Assembly: GCA_963794325.1 (NCBI GenBank)
Contig: CAWCDG010000004.1
Coordinates: 1 to 64,000 of the forward strand
Length of the DNA stretch: 64,000 nucleotides
From: an uncultured delta proteobacterium
GTDB taxonomy: Bacteria; Desulfobacterota; Binatia; Binatales; Binataceae
Direction of reading: 5' to 3'
This document shows, one piece after another, positions 28,419-38,365 of this stretch (position 1 is the first letter of the stretch; each line of letters begins with the position of its first letter). Made by a program: the position numbers and the translations under genes. Under the pieces are notes generated by a model, which made no database searches, was not told where the DNA came from, and saw only the letters and a program-made list of their open reading frames with translations.

Positions 28419-29836
28419 CGACCCGGCATCTGGTCGGGACTTGCCTGGGGGCTCAAGGACACGGCAAACAGAACCGCGTTGAGCATCCAGAATTCCATTC
28501 CCATCTGGCCGCCGAAGAAAGGATAGTCCAGGGAAAGCGCCAGCGCGCCGACGTCGTATGCGCAAATGACCGCCGCAAAGACGGCCAGTTCGGGATCAAC
28601 TGGTCTAAGCGCCAGCCGAAACGCAAACAGAGTCGTCACCGCGACGGCTAGCAGGTAAACAAAGATTAGAGGAACGCCGCCGTCCACCAGCCATGCGGTA
28701 AACTGCTCTTCCGACCAGATCATCGAGGTATTCGGATCGGAGTTATCGCCGAAGTAATGATTCATCATTCCCCAGCGCCCCAACCCAGCGCCCAGCGGAT
28801 ACTTGGGCAGAAGTTCCTGGATCGAGTACTCGATGAAATGGCCGCGATTTTCATGATAGACGGTCCCGGGGTCGGACGCCGTCAGCGTGGCGAATCGTTC
28901 GGCGACACTGTTGCCGCCAACCGCGATCGCCCAGGTGAAGCCGAAGAACGCCACCACTCCGAGCACCGCCAGCAGCCGGGTCAGCGTTCCCGCTTCGCGC
29001 CTGCGCCATGCAAGTTGGGTCGCGCGAACTCTCGCGCGCCGGATGGCCAGGACGGCGATCATCGTTGCCGCGCAGGCTACCAACATCACGAGCGACGCCC
29101 GCACGTGAGAGAGAAAAATGGCGGCCAAGCCGGCAACCATCGTTCCAGTCGCTAACGTCCTGCGCGACCATTTGTTCCAGACCAGCAAGAAGGCGGCGCC
29201 GAACATCACCGCGGAAACACCAGCCGTTCCGGCTCCGCCCGGGACGTCCGACAGCCCCATGGCGCGGAACACCGATTGTCCATAAGCGTTCTGGAACTGG
29301 AGGCCTTTTACGTACGACCGGCCCTCGTCCATGATGACGATGGAAATAGACGGGTCGAAACGACCCGGATAGTACACCTGCAGGATACCGATCAGGGCGC
29401 TAAGCGATTGGAAGATCCAAATCATGAGCAACACGCGGCGCAGATTGGACAGATCGATCTTAAGGCGCGGAACCCAGAACAGCGGAGCCAGTATGGCCAG
29501 GTACATCCCGATTTGCGCCGCGGCGGCGGCCAGGGTGTTGGTGCCGGGATTGAAAAAAGCCAGCGCGACAATTGCGATGATAAACTTCGCCGGCTTGACC
29601 GCAGGCGAAGGAAGTCCCTTGCCGCGTAGTCCGAACAGAAGCGCGAGACTCGCCCCAAATACCGCCATCCGCACGGGCACGCGGAGCTGTCCGATCGAGC
29701 CCGACAGCAGCGCGACCTGGCAGACGAATCCGAGCGCGAACATGAGCTCGACCGCATGCGTGCGCAAGCTGACCGAAGCGCGTCGGCGCTCCGTCGCGTA
29801 TCGGTTATCGGGATATGTAGCGGTGGCGGAAGTCAT
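28415..29836 (-). CDS. Wzy-like polysaccharide polymerase / O-antigen ligase-like membrane protein
   Basis: Multi-TM; LSHVRAS, periplasmic loop, PLGAGLGRWG; locus context. Confidence 0.65.
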   Translation of the reverse strand: MTSATATYPDNRYATERRRASVSLRTHAVELMFALGFVCQVALLSGSIGQLRVPVRMAVFGASLALLFGLRGKGLPSPAVKPAKFIIAIVALAFFNPGTNTLAAAAAQIGMYLAILAPLFWVPRLKIDLSNLRRVLLMIWIFQSLSALIGILQVYYPGRFDPSISIVIMDEGRSYVKGLQFQNAYGQSVFRAMGLSDVPGGAGTAGVSAVMFGAAFLLVWNKWSRRTLATGTMVAGLAAIFLSHVRASLVMLVACAATMIAVLAIRRARVRATQLAWRRREAGTLTRLLAVLGVVAFFGFTWAIAVGGNSVAERFATLTASDPGTVYHENRGHFIEYSIQELLPKYPLGAGLGRWGMMNHYFGDNSDPNTSMIWSEEQFTAWLVDGGVPLIFVYLLAVAVTTLFAFRLALRPVDPELAVFAAVICAYDVGALALSLDYPFFGGQMGMEFWMLNAVLFAVSLSPQASPDQMPGR

Positions 29837-29863
29837 TTCAGTTTAATTCTTCGGAAAGGAAAT

Positions 29864-30140
29864 TCACTGCTTTTCGAGCACTACCCAGGTAACGCCCCAA
29901 GCCGGCCAACATAGACGGTTTAGTCTGCCGCGGTCTCCCCACCATCGAATGGCCGTCGCCCGCCGGGTCTGCTGTGCCCAAAGGAGCAAGTCCATGGGAT
30001 TGCAGAAGTAGGAAGCATCGTAGTCAGCAATAGCCGGCGGCCGAACATCGGGCACCCGGGTCAAGAACTTCACCGGTCGTTCACCCAGCAGCTTCCTGGC
30101 GGTATGCGTAAACCGGCCGCATCCATTATGAGAGTCTCCG
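29864..30140 (-). pseudogene. Gene remnant, possibly the 3' end of a methyltransferase
   Basis: Protein-like FLTRVPDVRPPAIADYDASYFCNPMDL...WVVLEKQ with no intact 5' part; family is a guess. Confidence 0.3.
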
Positions 30141-30145
30141 GATTT

Positions 30146-31909
30146 TCACAGATGTGATGCCGTCGTCGATTTATTGGTGACGGCGTCGCGGCTCCAGATC
30201 TGCCAACACGGCCCCGCCTGTACGCGAGTCCATCCACGCGCCAGGTACTCGGGTGATGGCTGGTCCGCTCTGAGAGCCACGTAGCGCACATTGAACTGAT
30301 TCAGCGCGCGGACTGGATCCAATAGGACTCCGTCGTAATCGCGCAGCCTGTCGGCGAGCTGATCTGAACGGGCGCTCTCCGACCGCGCCCATGGTCCCCA
30401 GCGGCTCGTGCGGAGCAGTTCGCGCTCCGCTTGTGCGAACGAATTGCGGTCCTGGCCTAGAAGAAATGCGTTAAGCGCGATTCGATTCTCCCACTGACGA
30501 TCGTCCACGAACGCACTCAGCTCGAGCCAGTAGCCATCGAGCGGCGCGAGGTTGTCGAGGGCGCCGGCCAATGACGCGAATTCGGTATCTCCGCCGACGG
30601 TCGATCCGGCCTCGAAGCGAACGCCGCGCACGTCGCGCTGCGAACGGTAACAGTCGTACATCCGCGTCAAAGTAACGCTCTCGACGGTTTGTGTCGCCTC
30701 AACTGTTCGGAGAAAAAGCCCGCTGAGCATCATGAAGACCACGACCGCGGCCAACGCCACCCTGGTGAACCCCGGTCGTAGCTGAAGAAGAGCTTTCACG
30801 ACCAGCAGCACGACGAGGAGCCAGAGCATCGGACCCCAAACATAGTGCCAATGAAAGTTTTGGATCTGAAGGCCGGTTATCAACTGCGAATTCTCGAGAA
30901 TCAGCGCCGACGCCGCCAGCGCCCATAAAAAGAAAAGCTCCCGGCGCGTCGTCCACACGAAGTACAGAGTGGCGATAGCAAGCAGAATCGCCCATCTTCG
31001 AAACAACAGTTCGCCGAAATGCGAGATTGGCAGGAAGAAATCCGCCCGATGCATCCAGTCTGGTGAGGTATGCGTCGTAAACAGGAAATCAGCAATTAGG
31101 AACGGCGCTCCCACGAGGCATCCCAGCCACGCGATGTGAAAGTAAACGCGTCGATGCGGGCGGTCGAACAAAAGTGCTATCACCAGCGCCAGGCCAATCG
31201 CTGTCCACAGGTAGAAGTTCGTGAACGTCAGACCAAAGGCGACGCCGGCCACAAAGATTCTTCGATAGTTCGGCGTGTCGAGCGTGCGCGCGACCGACCA
31301 GATGTAAAGGCCTAGAAACGGCCATAGCAGTCCCGGGTCCATCACTCGCCATTGCGGGAAGATCTCCGGATGCTCCGCAGTCAGCGAGCGCGCGTGGTCG
31401 AAAGGATAGCGCGCAAGGATTGCTATCTGCCTGATGAGCGGCTTGGCATCGACGACGCCACAATCGAACATAAACAGAACTGACAACGCGCAAGCGATCC
31501 ATGGATCGACGAAATACCAGCGGAAAACCAGGAACCATGCCGTAGCCATCGCAAGCCCGGCCAGGATTCGCCAGATGAAGTTGATGTAGATAGGATCGAG
31601 GTGTGCGACCTTTGCAATGAGTATACCGGGCACCAACTGAAGAGACGGCAGATAGGTCTCGCCTCCGGGCCGTACCGGATCGGTCAACCGCCAAGCGTGA
31701 TCCAAATACGAATGACCGGCCACAAGGACATAGACATCCAGGTCATCATGGTCCGCGAGCCAGACTGGACGGCCGGTGCGCATCCAGTTTAGGAAGTGCG
31801 GCAGCGCAGAAATCAATACGCCCGCCAGGATGCAAGCGATCAGTGCCGGTAATTCGCTGCGCCAACTGACCCCGCGCGACCGGCCTCCCTGTTCAGTCGC
31901 GGGTTGCAC
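30146..31909 (-). CDS. Polytopic membrane protein (GT-C-like, unknown function)
   Basis: First TM followed by acidic ADHDDLDVY, many TMs, soluble C-terminal domain ending FNVRYV. Confidence 0.65.
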   Translation of the reverse strand: MQPATEQGGRSRGVSWRSELPALIACILAGVLISALPHFLNWMRTGRPVWLADHDDLDVYVLVAGHSYLDHAWRLTDPVRPGGETYLPSLQLVPGILIAKVAHLDPIYINFIWRILAGLAMATAWFLVFRWYFVDPWIACALSVLFMFDCGVVDAKPLIRQIAILARYPFDHARSLTAEHPEIFPQWRVMDPGLLWPFLGLYIWSVARTLDTPNYRRIFVAGVAFGLTFTNFYLWTAIGLALVIALLFDRPHRRVYFHIAWLGCLVGAPFLIADFLFTTHTSPDWMHRADFFLPISHFGELLFRRWAILLAIATLYFVWTTRRELFFLWALAASALILENSQLITGLQIQNFHWHYVWGPMLWLLVVLLVVKALLQLRPGFTRVALAAVVVFMMLSGLFLRTVEATQTVESVTLTRMYDCYRSQRDVRGVRFEAGSTVGGDTEFASLAGALDNLAPLDGYWLELSAFVDDRQWENRIALNAFLLGQDRNSFAQAERELLRTSRWGPWARSESARSDQLADRLRDYDGVLLDPVRALNQFNVRYVALRADQPSPEYLARGWTRVQAGPCWQIWSRDAVTNKSTTASHL

Positions 31910-31953
31910 AGCTCGCGCGATTCCCGATGTATGGAGCTGCTCTGTAGGTCATC

Positions 31954-32620
31954 TCAAATCAGACTTCGCTTCCTTAAAGGCTCGATGACCGGCTTCTGAC
32001 GAGCCTCGAATCTGGCCGCTATCGAGAAGCAGCAAGAGTAAGTTTGGAAAAAGTGGAAGTCTATCAATCGCCAAATCGCGACGGCGATAGCTACCATCGG
32101 TATAAAGCGTCTTCGGCGGGCGGATCCGAGAGCCAGCAGAGTGGCGGGCCATATCAGGTAGAAATGCTCCTCGACCGCCAGTGACCAGAAATGTTCGGTG
32201 TACCATCCTGCTGGAATCACAACGTAGTTGCGGGAAAAAAACAGGCTGCTTAGCCATTCGCAGGGAGTCACAACTATAAGGCCCGCGACCGCAAGCAGAC
32301 CGATTGTCACCAGGTACGCAATCGCGGGCGGAAGAATCCTGAACGCTCGGTGGATGTAGAAGCTGCCGAGATTTATGCCGCCGGTTTTCCTGATTTCGTC
32401 GAGCAGCCGGCCGCAAATTAGAAATCCGCTGATGCCAAAAAAGAGATCAACCCCGAATCTGCCATAAGTGCAAGCGGTGTATAGCGCGGGATTGGCGTAT
32501 CGGCCACCAACCTGAAACAGCCCGCCGCCCGCATGGGACACCATCACCATTAGAATGGCGATCGCGCGCCATCCGTCGAGTGTCGGACGGTACGCGTAAG
32601 AGCGTGTGTTATCCAGACAT
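31954..32620 (-). pseudogene. Truncated second copy of the acyltransferase-3 gene
   Basis: YRPTLDGWRAIAILMVM..GVDLFFGISG..HFWSLAVEEHFY..DFHFF closely matches 24923-26074, then diverges and stops; upstream ATG (32620) is out of frame. Confidence 0.85.
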
Positions 32621-32622
32621 CC

Positions 32623-33357
32623 TTATTGTCCTTCGGCTACAAAAGTGGCGTCGACTTGCAGGACTTCCCATCGGTCGCGATCGATAAAGCCGGGCGTAAT
32701 TCCTACACAGCGAAACCCCGAGCCTACAATCCGGGCATAGAGATCGATAAAGGCAGGTGAATTTTCATAGAGCGGACATAGCGACATCTCGGTGTAAATT
32801 ACGGTTACGCGAGGCAACGTCTGCGCCGCACCGTCCAGCACACTCCCTTCGAATCCCTGGACATCCATCTTTAGTGCGAACGCGCCATCGTATCCGGCGA
32901 GGCTTGTTTCGACGAAATCGTCGAGCTTCAAAACATGAACGCTTTCCATTCCCGTGTATGCGGAAATCGGCAATGCTTCAACGTGACGTCGGAGCATCGG
33001 GAGAAGAGAAGAACTTTCGGAGTTGCCGGCGATGTTCATATCCGCGACGCCTTCCGCCGCACCTAGTGCACAACGCGGCGCGACGGACCATTGCTGGTAG
33101 CCACGAGCAGCCTCGGTGAGCATGGCATAGGGACCCGAAAGGGGTTCGAACGATACTATCGACCGCGCGCCAGCGCGAAGCATTCGCTGTGCGAATTGAC
33201 CTGTATTGGCGCCGACATCGAGTATCATCGCGGCACCGTAACGATCGCAGAGCTTCACCAGACGCCGGTCCGGGTCGTTGACTGGATCGTAACGGATAAC
33301 GTCCAGTCCGCACTGCCTAAGGAACTTGTGGATTGAGTGACGAACCCTATTGGACAT
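32623..33357 (-). CDS. FkbM-family methyltransferase
   Basis: LDVGANTGQF, SFEP, LKMDVQGFE. Confidence 0.92.
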   Translation of the reverse strand: MSNRVRHSIHKFLRQCGLDVIRYDPVNDPDRRLVKLCDRYGAAMILDVGANTGQFAQRMLRAGARSIVSFEPLSGPYAMLTEAARGYQQWSVAPRCALGAAEGVADMNIAGNSESSSLLPMLRRHVEALPISAYTGMESVHVLKLDDFVETSLAGYDGAFALKMDVQGFEGSVLDGAAQTLPRVTVIYTEMSLCPLYENSPAFIDLYARIVGSGFRCVGITPGFIDRDRWEVLQVDATFVAEGQ

Positions 33358-34468
33358 AGCTCAGGGCATCGCGAAGCGCCATTACATGAGAGACGCCAAG
33401 AAGATCTGACCTCACTGCCTCATAACGCTCCCAACTGACATCTGTCCGACAACACTCATCTACTGCTTCGAGAATCTTGTTCTGATCCAGGGATGAGCAC
33501 ACCGTTCCAATGCCGTACTCTTTCACGACTCGCGCCAGGCCACTATCTACTGGAGAATGAGCGAGGATAGGCCTCTGCGATTGTATGTAGGTCGTGAGTT
33601 TCGTAGGCAGGCTGGTTTTTCTGAAGACTTCGTATCGTGAGCCGTGGGGATACATCGCATAAAGGAAGTCACATTCGGCCAGGGATTCGATGGCTGCCGA
33701 TTCACACAGATCGCCACGGTCGTCGATTATATCTCCGTGGTCCGCCTGTACCTTTTCAAACTCGCGCGATCGACCTATCTTCAAGACTCTGACAGTCTTA
33801 CCCACCTTCTCGCCGTATGCCTTTAGAGCTTCGATGAATCGTCGAAATTCAAGCTCCCTATACACAGTCCCTATATGGCCCACCAATAGCAGACCTTCCC
33901 TTTGCTGGTAGGCGCTGGCAAACTTCTTCAGTTGCTTCACGTAGCGGAAGACTACCAACGATTTGATATCGGCCTGCTGCTGATAGAACTCGCGCATCCC
34001 TTCGCTCACCACGTCCACTGAAACGGCGGCCTTCAACAGTTGCGAAAATGCTTTCGACATGAACGGGACCAGATGCCGATAGCGCTTGGTCCGGGAAAAC
34101 AAGCATACGGGGTCGTCGTGAACTGTAACGTGAACTGGTTTGCCGCTCGCGGCCAGGTTCAAGCCCACTAATACGCCTTCGTCGGCCGCCACCACCCAAT
34201 ATAAGTCCGCGCTCATGCTGCGCGCGATTCTCTCAACTGCAGAAGAGCCACGATGGATCCACAACGTGCAGCTTCTCACCGCATCCTGCAGCAGCGGGCC
34301 ACCCATTAGCCGCGTGCCGAGGCAGTTATTCGTGTTCGAGATCGCGCCGTGCTTTTGCAGGTAATACCATTGAATATCCAACTCGGACAGTTCGGGAAGC
34401 AGACTCTTCAGCAGTGTTGCGCCGCCCCCGATGGTCGGTGGAAACGGGGTAAAAAGCGCTATGCGCAT
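33347..34468 (-). CDS. Putative GT-B glycosyltransferase
   Basis: FTPFPPTIGGG, VHDD, GHIGTVY, SLPTKLTTY. Confidence 0.7.
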   Translation of the reverse strand: MRIALFTPFPPTIGGGATLLKSLLPELSELDIQWYYLQKHGAISNTNNCLGTRLMGGPLLQDAVRSCTLWIHRGSSAVERIARSMSADLYWVVAADEGVLVGLNLAASGKPVHVTVHDDPVCLFSRTKRYRHLVPFMSKAFSQLLKAAVSVDVVSEGMREFYQQQADIKSLVVFRYVKQLKKFASAYQQREGLLLVGHIGTVYRELEFRRFIEALKAYGEKVGKTVRVLKIGRSREFEKVQADHGDIIDDRGDLCESAAIESLAECDFLYAMYPHGSRYEVFRKTSLPTKLTTYIQSQRPILAHSPVDSGLARVVKEYGIGTVCSSLDQNKILEAVDECCRTDVSWERYEAVRSDLLGVSHVMALRDALSYVQ

Positions 34469-35517
34469 TGACCTTTATACCGCTCGACGATTTCTCGACA
34501 AATCCCACCTAGATCAGTACTTACATGCCATTTTGGGTAATGCGTCCTCGCTTTCGTAAGATCGCTGTAGTAGCAAATGTGATCGCCACTTCTAGCTTCT
34601 TCGACGTAGTGCGATTTCATTGGTCGGCCCGTGATGTCCTCGATTATTCGAAACGCTTCGAGGATCGAACATGCGTTATCTTTGCCTCCACCCAGGTTGT
34701 ACACTTCGCCGCTCCTGGGCGCTCGCGAAAACTCCAGCATGAACTTAACTACGTCTCTCGAATGGAGGTTATCTCTTACTTGCTTGCCCTTATAACCAAA
34801 GACGGTGTACTCGCGACCTTCCAGATTGCACTTGACCAGGTAATTGAGAAAGCCATGGAGCTCGACCGCCGAGTGATTGGGTCCGGTAAGACATCCACCG
34901 CGCAGGCAGCAGGTGGGCTGATTAAAGTAGCGGCCATACTCCTGAACCATTATGTCCGACGCGAGCTTCGAAGCACCAAAGAGAGAATGCTTGCTCTGAT
35001 CTATTGGAAAGTCTTCCGCAATTCCGCCTTCGAAGGATGGGTCATCGTAGTCATAGCGCGTGCTCAGTTCCTTCATTGGAATTGAGTTAGGCCGGTCCCC
35101 GTACACCTTGTTGGTGGACATATGGATAAACGGTGCTTCGGAGCAATAACGCCGTGCCGCCTCCAAGAGGTGTAACGTACCGAGCGCATTGACTTCGAAA
35201 TCGACAAATGGGATTGCCGCGGCTCGGTCATGCGAAGGCTGGGCAGCAGTGTGGATTATAAGATTCGGTTTGATTTCTTTCACCAGAGCTAACAACGCCT
35301 GGCGATCGCGGATATCGAAATTCTCGTGCCGGTAGCCTTTGATTCGGCTGTGTAGGACTTCGAGGGTTCGGGTGGTATCGCCTTCAGGCCCAAAAAAAAC
35401 GGCCCGCTGGTTGTTATCGATCCCAACGATTCGGAACCCGTCCCCTGCAAAGAACAGGGAGGCTTCCGATCCGATCAAGCCGCAAGAACCGGTTATTAAG
35501 GCTAACTGTTGGGGCAA
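34459..35517 (-). CDS. NAD-dependent epimerase/dehydratase (RfbE/CDP-paratose 2-epimerase-like)
   Basis: ITGSCGLIG, HTAAQPSHD, STNKVYG, GKQVRD, YNLGGG. Confidence 0.88.
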   Translation of the reverse strand: MPQQLALITGSCGLIGSEASLFFAGDGFRIVGIDNNQRAVFFGPEGDTTRTLEVLHSRIKGYRHENFDIRDRQALLALVKEIKPNLIIHTAAQPSHDRAAAIPFVDFEVNALGTLHLLEAARRYCSEAPFIHMSTNKVYGDRPNSIPMKELSTRYDYDDPSFEGGIAEDFPIDQSKHSLFGASKLASDIMVQEYGRYFNQPTCCLRGGCLTGPNHSAVELHGFLNYLVKCNLEGREYTVFGYKGKQVRDNLHSRDVVKFMLEFSRAPRSGEVYNLGGGKDNACSILEAFRIIEDITGRPMKSHYVEEARSGDHICYYSDLTKARTHYPKWHVSTDLGGICREIVERYKGQCA

Positions 35518-35518
35518 G

Positions 35519-37126
35519 TTAAGATTTCATCTCGGGCCGGCGAGTCACTCGCGCGACGAGTACGTCCGGCGAACTTCGCACTACATCGACTTGCATCCGG
35601 GAATCTCGGAGCAGCGCGGCCACCTGCGGGTCGCGAGGATCGACCACAAGATAGAACTCCCTATCCGGCGCGGCGTCCATCCACCACTGGATTCGTTCCC
35701 ATCGGCCATAGCGATGCATCAGCCAATCATCGTCTTCGAGCAACGGCACACTCTGTCGATGCGCGTAAATGCTAATCAGCTCCGGCATTCCGTTTATCAC
35801 CACCCCGCTCTGAGGAACCTCCTGCTCGGCCATCGCAATGTAGCTCGCCAGCTGTTCCTGGTCCTTTACGAATGCTGGATTTGCGCCGCGCATCAGCCGA
35901 TAGGAATAGCTCGCAAACGATGCGAGCGCGCTGATCGTCACGACCGCGAGCGCGGCGCGCGCCGGATGCGCTATCGACAAGCCGGCCGCGTGGACGACCT
36001 GCGTGAAGCCAACCAGGAACGCCATCACGATCAGCGGAAACAGCGGAAGCAACATCCGGGGTCCCAAATCGCGCAGATCCCAGGGCCAGATCAACATGAT
36101 CGCGAGACTCAGCGAGCCAAAGATCCACAGACATGCGTATCGGCGCAATCCCAGCCGCGCAAGCCGGACAATTCCCGCGATCAGCACCGCACAGACTGTC
36201 AGGTTGAAGGCCGCCGCCAACAGCGGAAACCGCGCATAGATACGCGCCGCCGGCGTGCTCCACAGTTCCGGCAGGACTATCGGAGGGAGCACATCGTTAA
36301 GTCCCCGGAAATTTTTCATCGTGCGCCAGATTCCCGCTTGAGGCGTGGACCATACGGCCGCGAACTCGCTGCGATACGATGCCGAATCGGCCGGGCCATG
36401 GGCGTGTCCGACGACGATACTGATTGAGACCATCAGCAGCAGAAATCCGGCGACTGAGGCGACGATCGCGGTCTTGCGCCGCGGCAGGAGTGCGGCCTGC
36501 GCGATCAGCGCGGGAAAAACTGCGATGCCGTTGCCGCGCACGCAGAAGCAGATCGCCGCGAGCGCGCCGCCGGCGAGAAATATCGGCGCCGGATAGCGCG
36601 TCGCAATCCTCCAACTGCTGATCGCGAGTAGCAGCACCGCCAGCGCCAGCGCGGAATACAAAGTGTCGCTCATTATCGTACTGGAAGACGCGATCATCGT
36701 CGGATGAAGCGAGATGGCCGCCACCGTTAACAGCGCGTAGACGGGCGGCATTTTGAGCTGCAGCAGCAGGAGCCACGAGAGATACAAGAAGACCGCGGCG
36801 GAGACTGCGACCAAAATTCGGGCGCTTTGGATGTCGGAAGCGAGACCGCTTTGCCCCGGTATCAGCTTCATCGCGACCGCCAGGGCGAGCGGGAAACCTG
36901 GAGGATATTTCCTCGCGATCGGATCGCCCGGCCTGCTCGGAAGCCGATAGCCGTGGCCGTCGCGAATTGATTGTGCGGTGACCAGGTAGATGCCGTCGTC
37001 ACGGACGCGCCCGACGTATCCCCGGTTCAGACGCGCGATCCCGAAGCTCCAAACCGCGAGGTACGCAAGCAGAACCCATCCAAGCCGACGCCTCGCTCGC
37101 ATCGACTCAGTTGCGTGCCACACCAA
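35519..37126 (-). CDS. ArnT/PMT-like (GT-C) polytopic membrane glycosyltransferase
   Basis: DDGIY after TM1, KYPPGFP, MSD, PRMLLP; multiple TMs. Confidence 0.7.
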   Translation of the reverse strand: MVWHATESMRARRRLGWVLLAYLAVWSFGIARLNRGYVGRVRDDGIYLVTAQSIRDGHGYRLPSRPGDPIARKYPPGFPLALAVAMKLIPGQSGLASDIQSARILVAVSAAVFLYLSWLLLLQLKMPPVYALLTVAAISLHPTMIASSSTIMSDTLYSALALAVLLLAISSWRIATRYPAPIFLAGGALAAICFCVRGNGIAVFPALIAQAALLPRRKTAIVASVAGFLLLMVSISIVVGHAHGPADSASYRSEFAAVWSTPQAGIWRTMKNFRGLNDVLPPIVLPELWSTPAARIYARFPLLAAAFNLTVCAVLIAGIVRLARLGLRRYACLWIFGSLSLAIMLIWPWDLRDLGPRMLLPLFPLIVMAFLVGFTQVVHAAGLSIAHPARAALAVVTISALASFASYSYRLMRGANPAFVKDQEQLASYIAMAEQEVPQSGVVINGMPELISIYAHRQSVPLLEDDDWLMHRYGRWERIQWWMDAAPDREFYLVVDPRDPQVAALLRDSRMQVDVVRSSPDVLVARVTRRPEMKS

Positions 37127-38345
37127 GCTGTTCGTAAATGGGAATCAGTTCGCGCGCCATCCGCGCACGAGCGAAGCGATTCTCCGCGGTCTTGCGCGCC
37201 GCCACACCGAGTTGCGCTCTTAGCGGAGCGGCGCTCGCAAGTTGACGGATCGAATCGGCCAGCGCAGCCGCGTCACCCGGCGCGATCGCGATTGCGTCCT
37301 GCCCCGGCGTCACGATTTCAAGCGCGCCGCCGGTCGCCGTCGTGATCACGGCTTTCCCGCACGCCATCGATTCCGCGATCACACGCCCGAAAGGTTCGGG
37401 ACTGGTGCTGGCGTGGACGACGATATCGAGTGCGCGAATGGCCGCCGCCGGATCGTCGACGAAGCCCGTGAACCCAACATTGCCGTTGAGCGAGAGCCCG
37501 TCGGCGACGCGTCGCAGCTGCGCTATGTCCGCCTGGCTCCCGCGCGTGCTGTAGAGGCTCCCGCCGATGACGTACCCGCGCACCGGCAACTCGCCCGGGA
37601 GCATCGCAAGCGCGCGAAGAAAAATTTCGTGGCCCTTCCACTGCGCCATCGTGGCGAGCAAACCGACTCGCACGACCGCGCCCTTTGGCCGGATCAGCGC
37701 CGCCAATGCGTCGAGATCGGCGGACGCGCCGGCAGGGTTGAACGCCTCGAGGTCGATGCCGTTGTGAATCGGCACGATCTTACGAATCCGCGGACACGCC
37801 GCGCGCAAGTCGTCGGCGACGCTACGCGAATTCGTCACCGCGACCGCACATCGCCGCGAGTGCATCGCGAGCAGCCGCGACATCGCCGGCCGCTGTCCCA
37901 CGTAGTCACGCACGTGCCAGATAATCGGCACCGATTTCGGCGCCGCCCACGCGGCCAGGATGTGCGTTTTGAACCCGTTGGAATGCACGAGGTCGGGATG
38001 CTCCGCCGAAATCGCCGAGCGCAGGGCCGGCACATGCGCCATCGCCGCGATTCCAGCGCGGCCAAGTCCCGCGACAAACCTCGCGGTGCGCATCGCGCCG
38101 CCCGACGTATTCGCCGACGTATTGGCGATTGCAGAATCGCCGAATTCCGCAAACGCCGCTGGATACTCGATTGCGCTGGCCGCGACTCCGATGTCCCGCG
38201 CAGCTTTAAGCAGAGGACCGTCTTCACCTGCTATCAGCGACAGTTGCCAATCCGGCCGGAGCGCGCGCATCTCGGTCATGAGGTCGAGGAGACTGCGCTC
38301 GGCACCGCCCAACTGCGCTTTCGGATTGAGGTAGAGAATCTTCAC
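37107..38345 (-). CDS. Glycosyltransferase family 4
   Basis: GGAERSL, WHVRD, QWKGH, PEPFGRVIAESMACGK. Confidence 0.92.
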   Translation of the reverse strand: MKILYLNPKAQLGGAERSLLDLMTEMRALRPDWQLSLIAGEDGPLLKAARDIGVAASAIEYPAAFAEFGDSAIANTSANTSGGAMRTARFVAGLGRAGIAAMAHVPALRSAISAEHPDLVHSNGFKTHILAAWAAPKSVPIIWHVRDYVGQRPAMSRLLAMHSRRCAVAVTNSRSVADDLRAACPRIRKIVPIHNGIDLEAFNPAGASADLDALAALIRPKGAVVRVGLLATMAQWKGHEIFLRALAMLPGELPVRGYVIGGSLYSTRGSQADIAQLRRVADGLSLNGNVGFTGFVDDPAAAIRALDIVVHASTSPEPFGRVIAESMACGKAVITTATGGALEIVTPGQDAIAIAPGDAAALADSIRQLASAAPLRAQLGVAARKTAENRFARARMARELIPIYEQLGVARN

Positions 38346-38365
38346 GCGCGGCGTATGCGTTTGCG

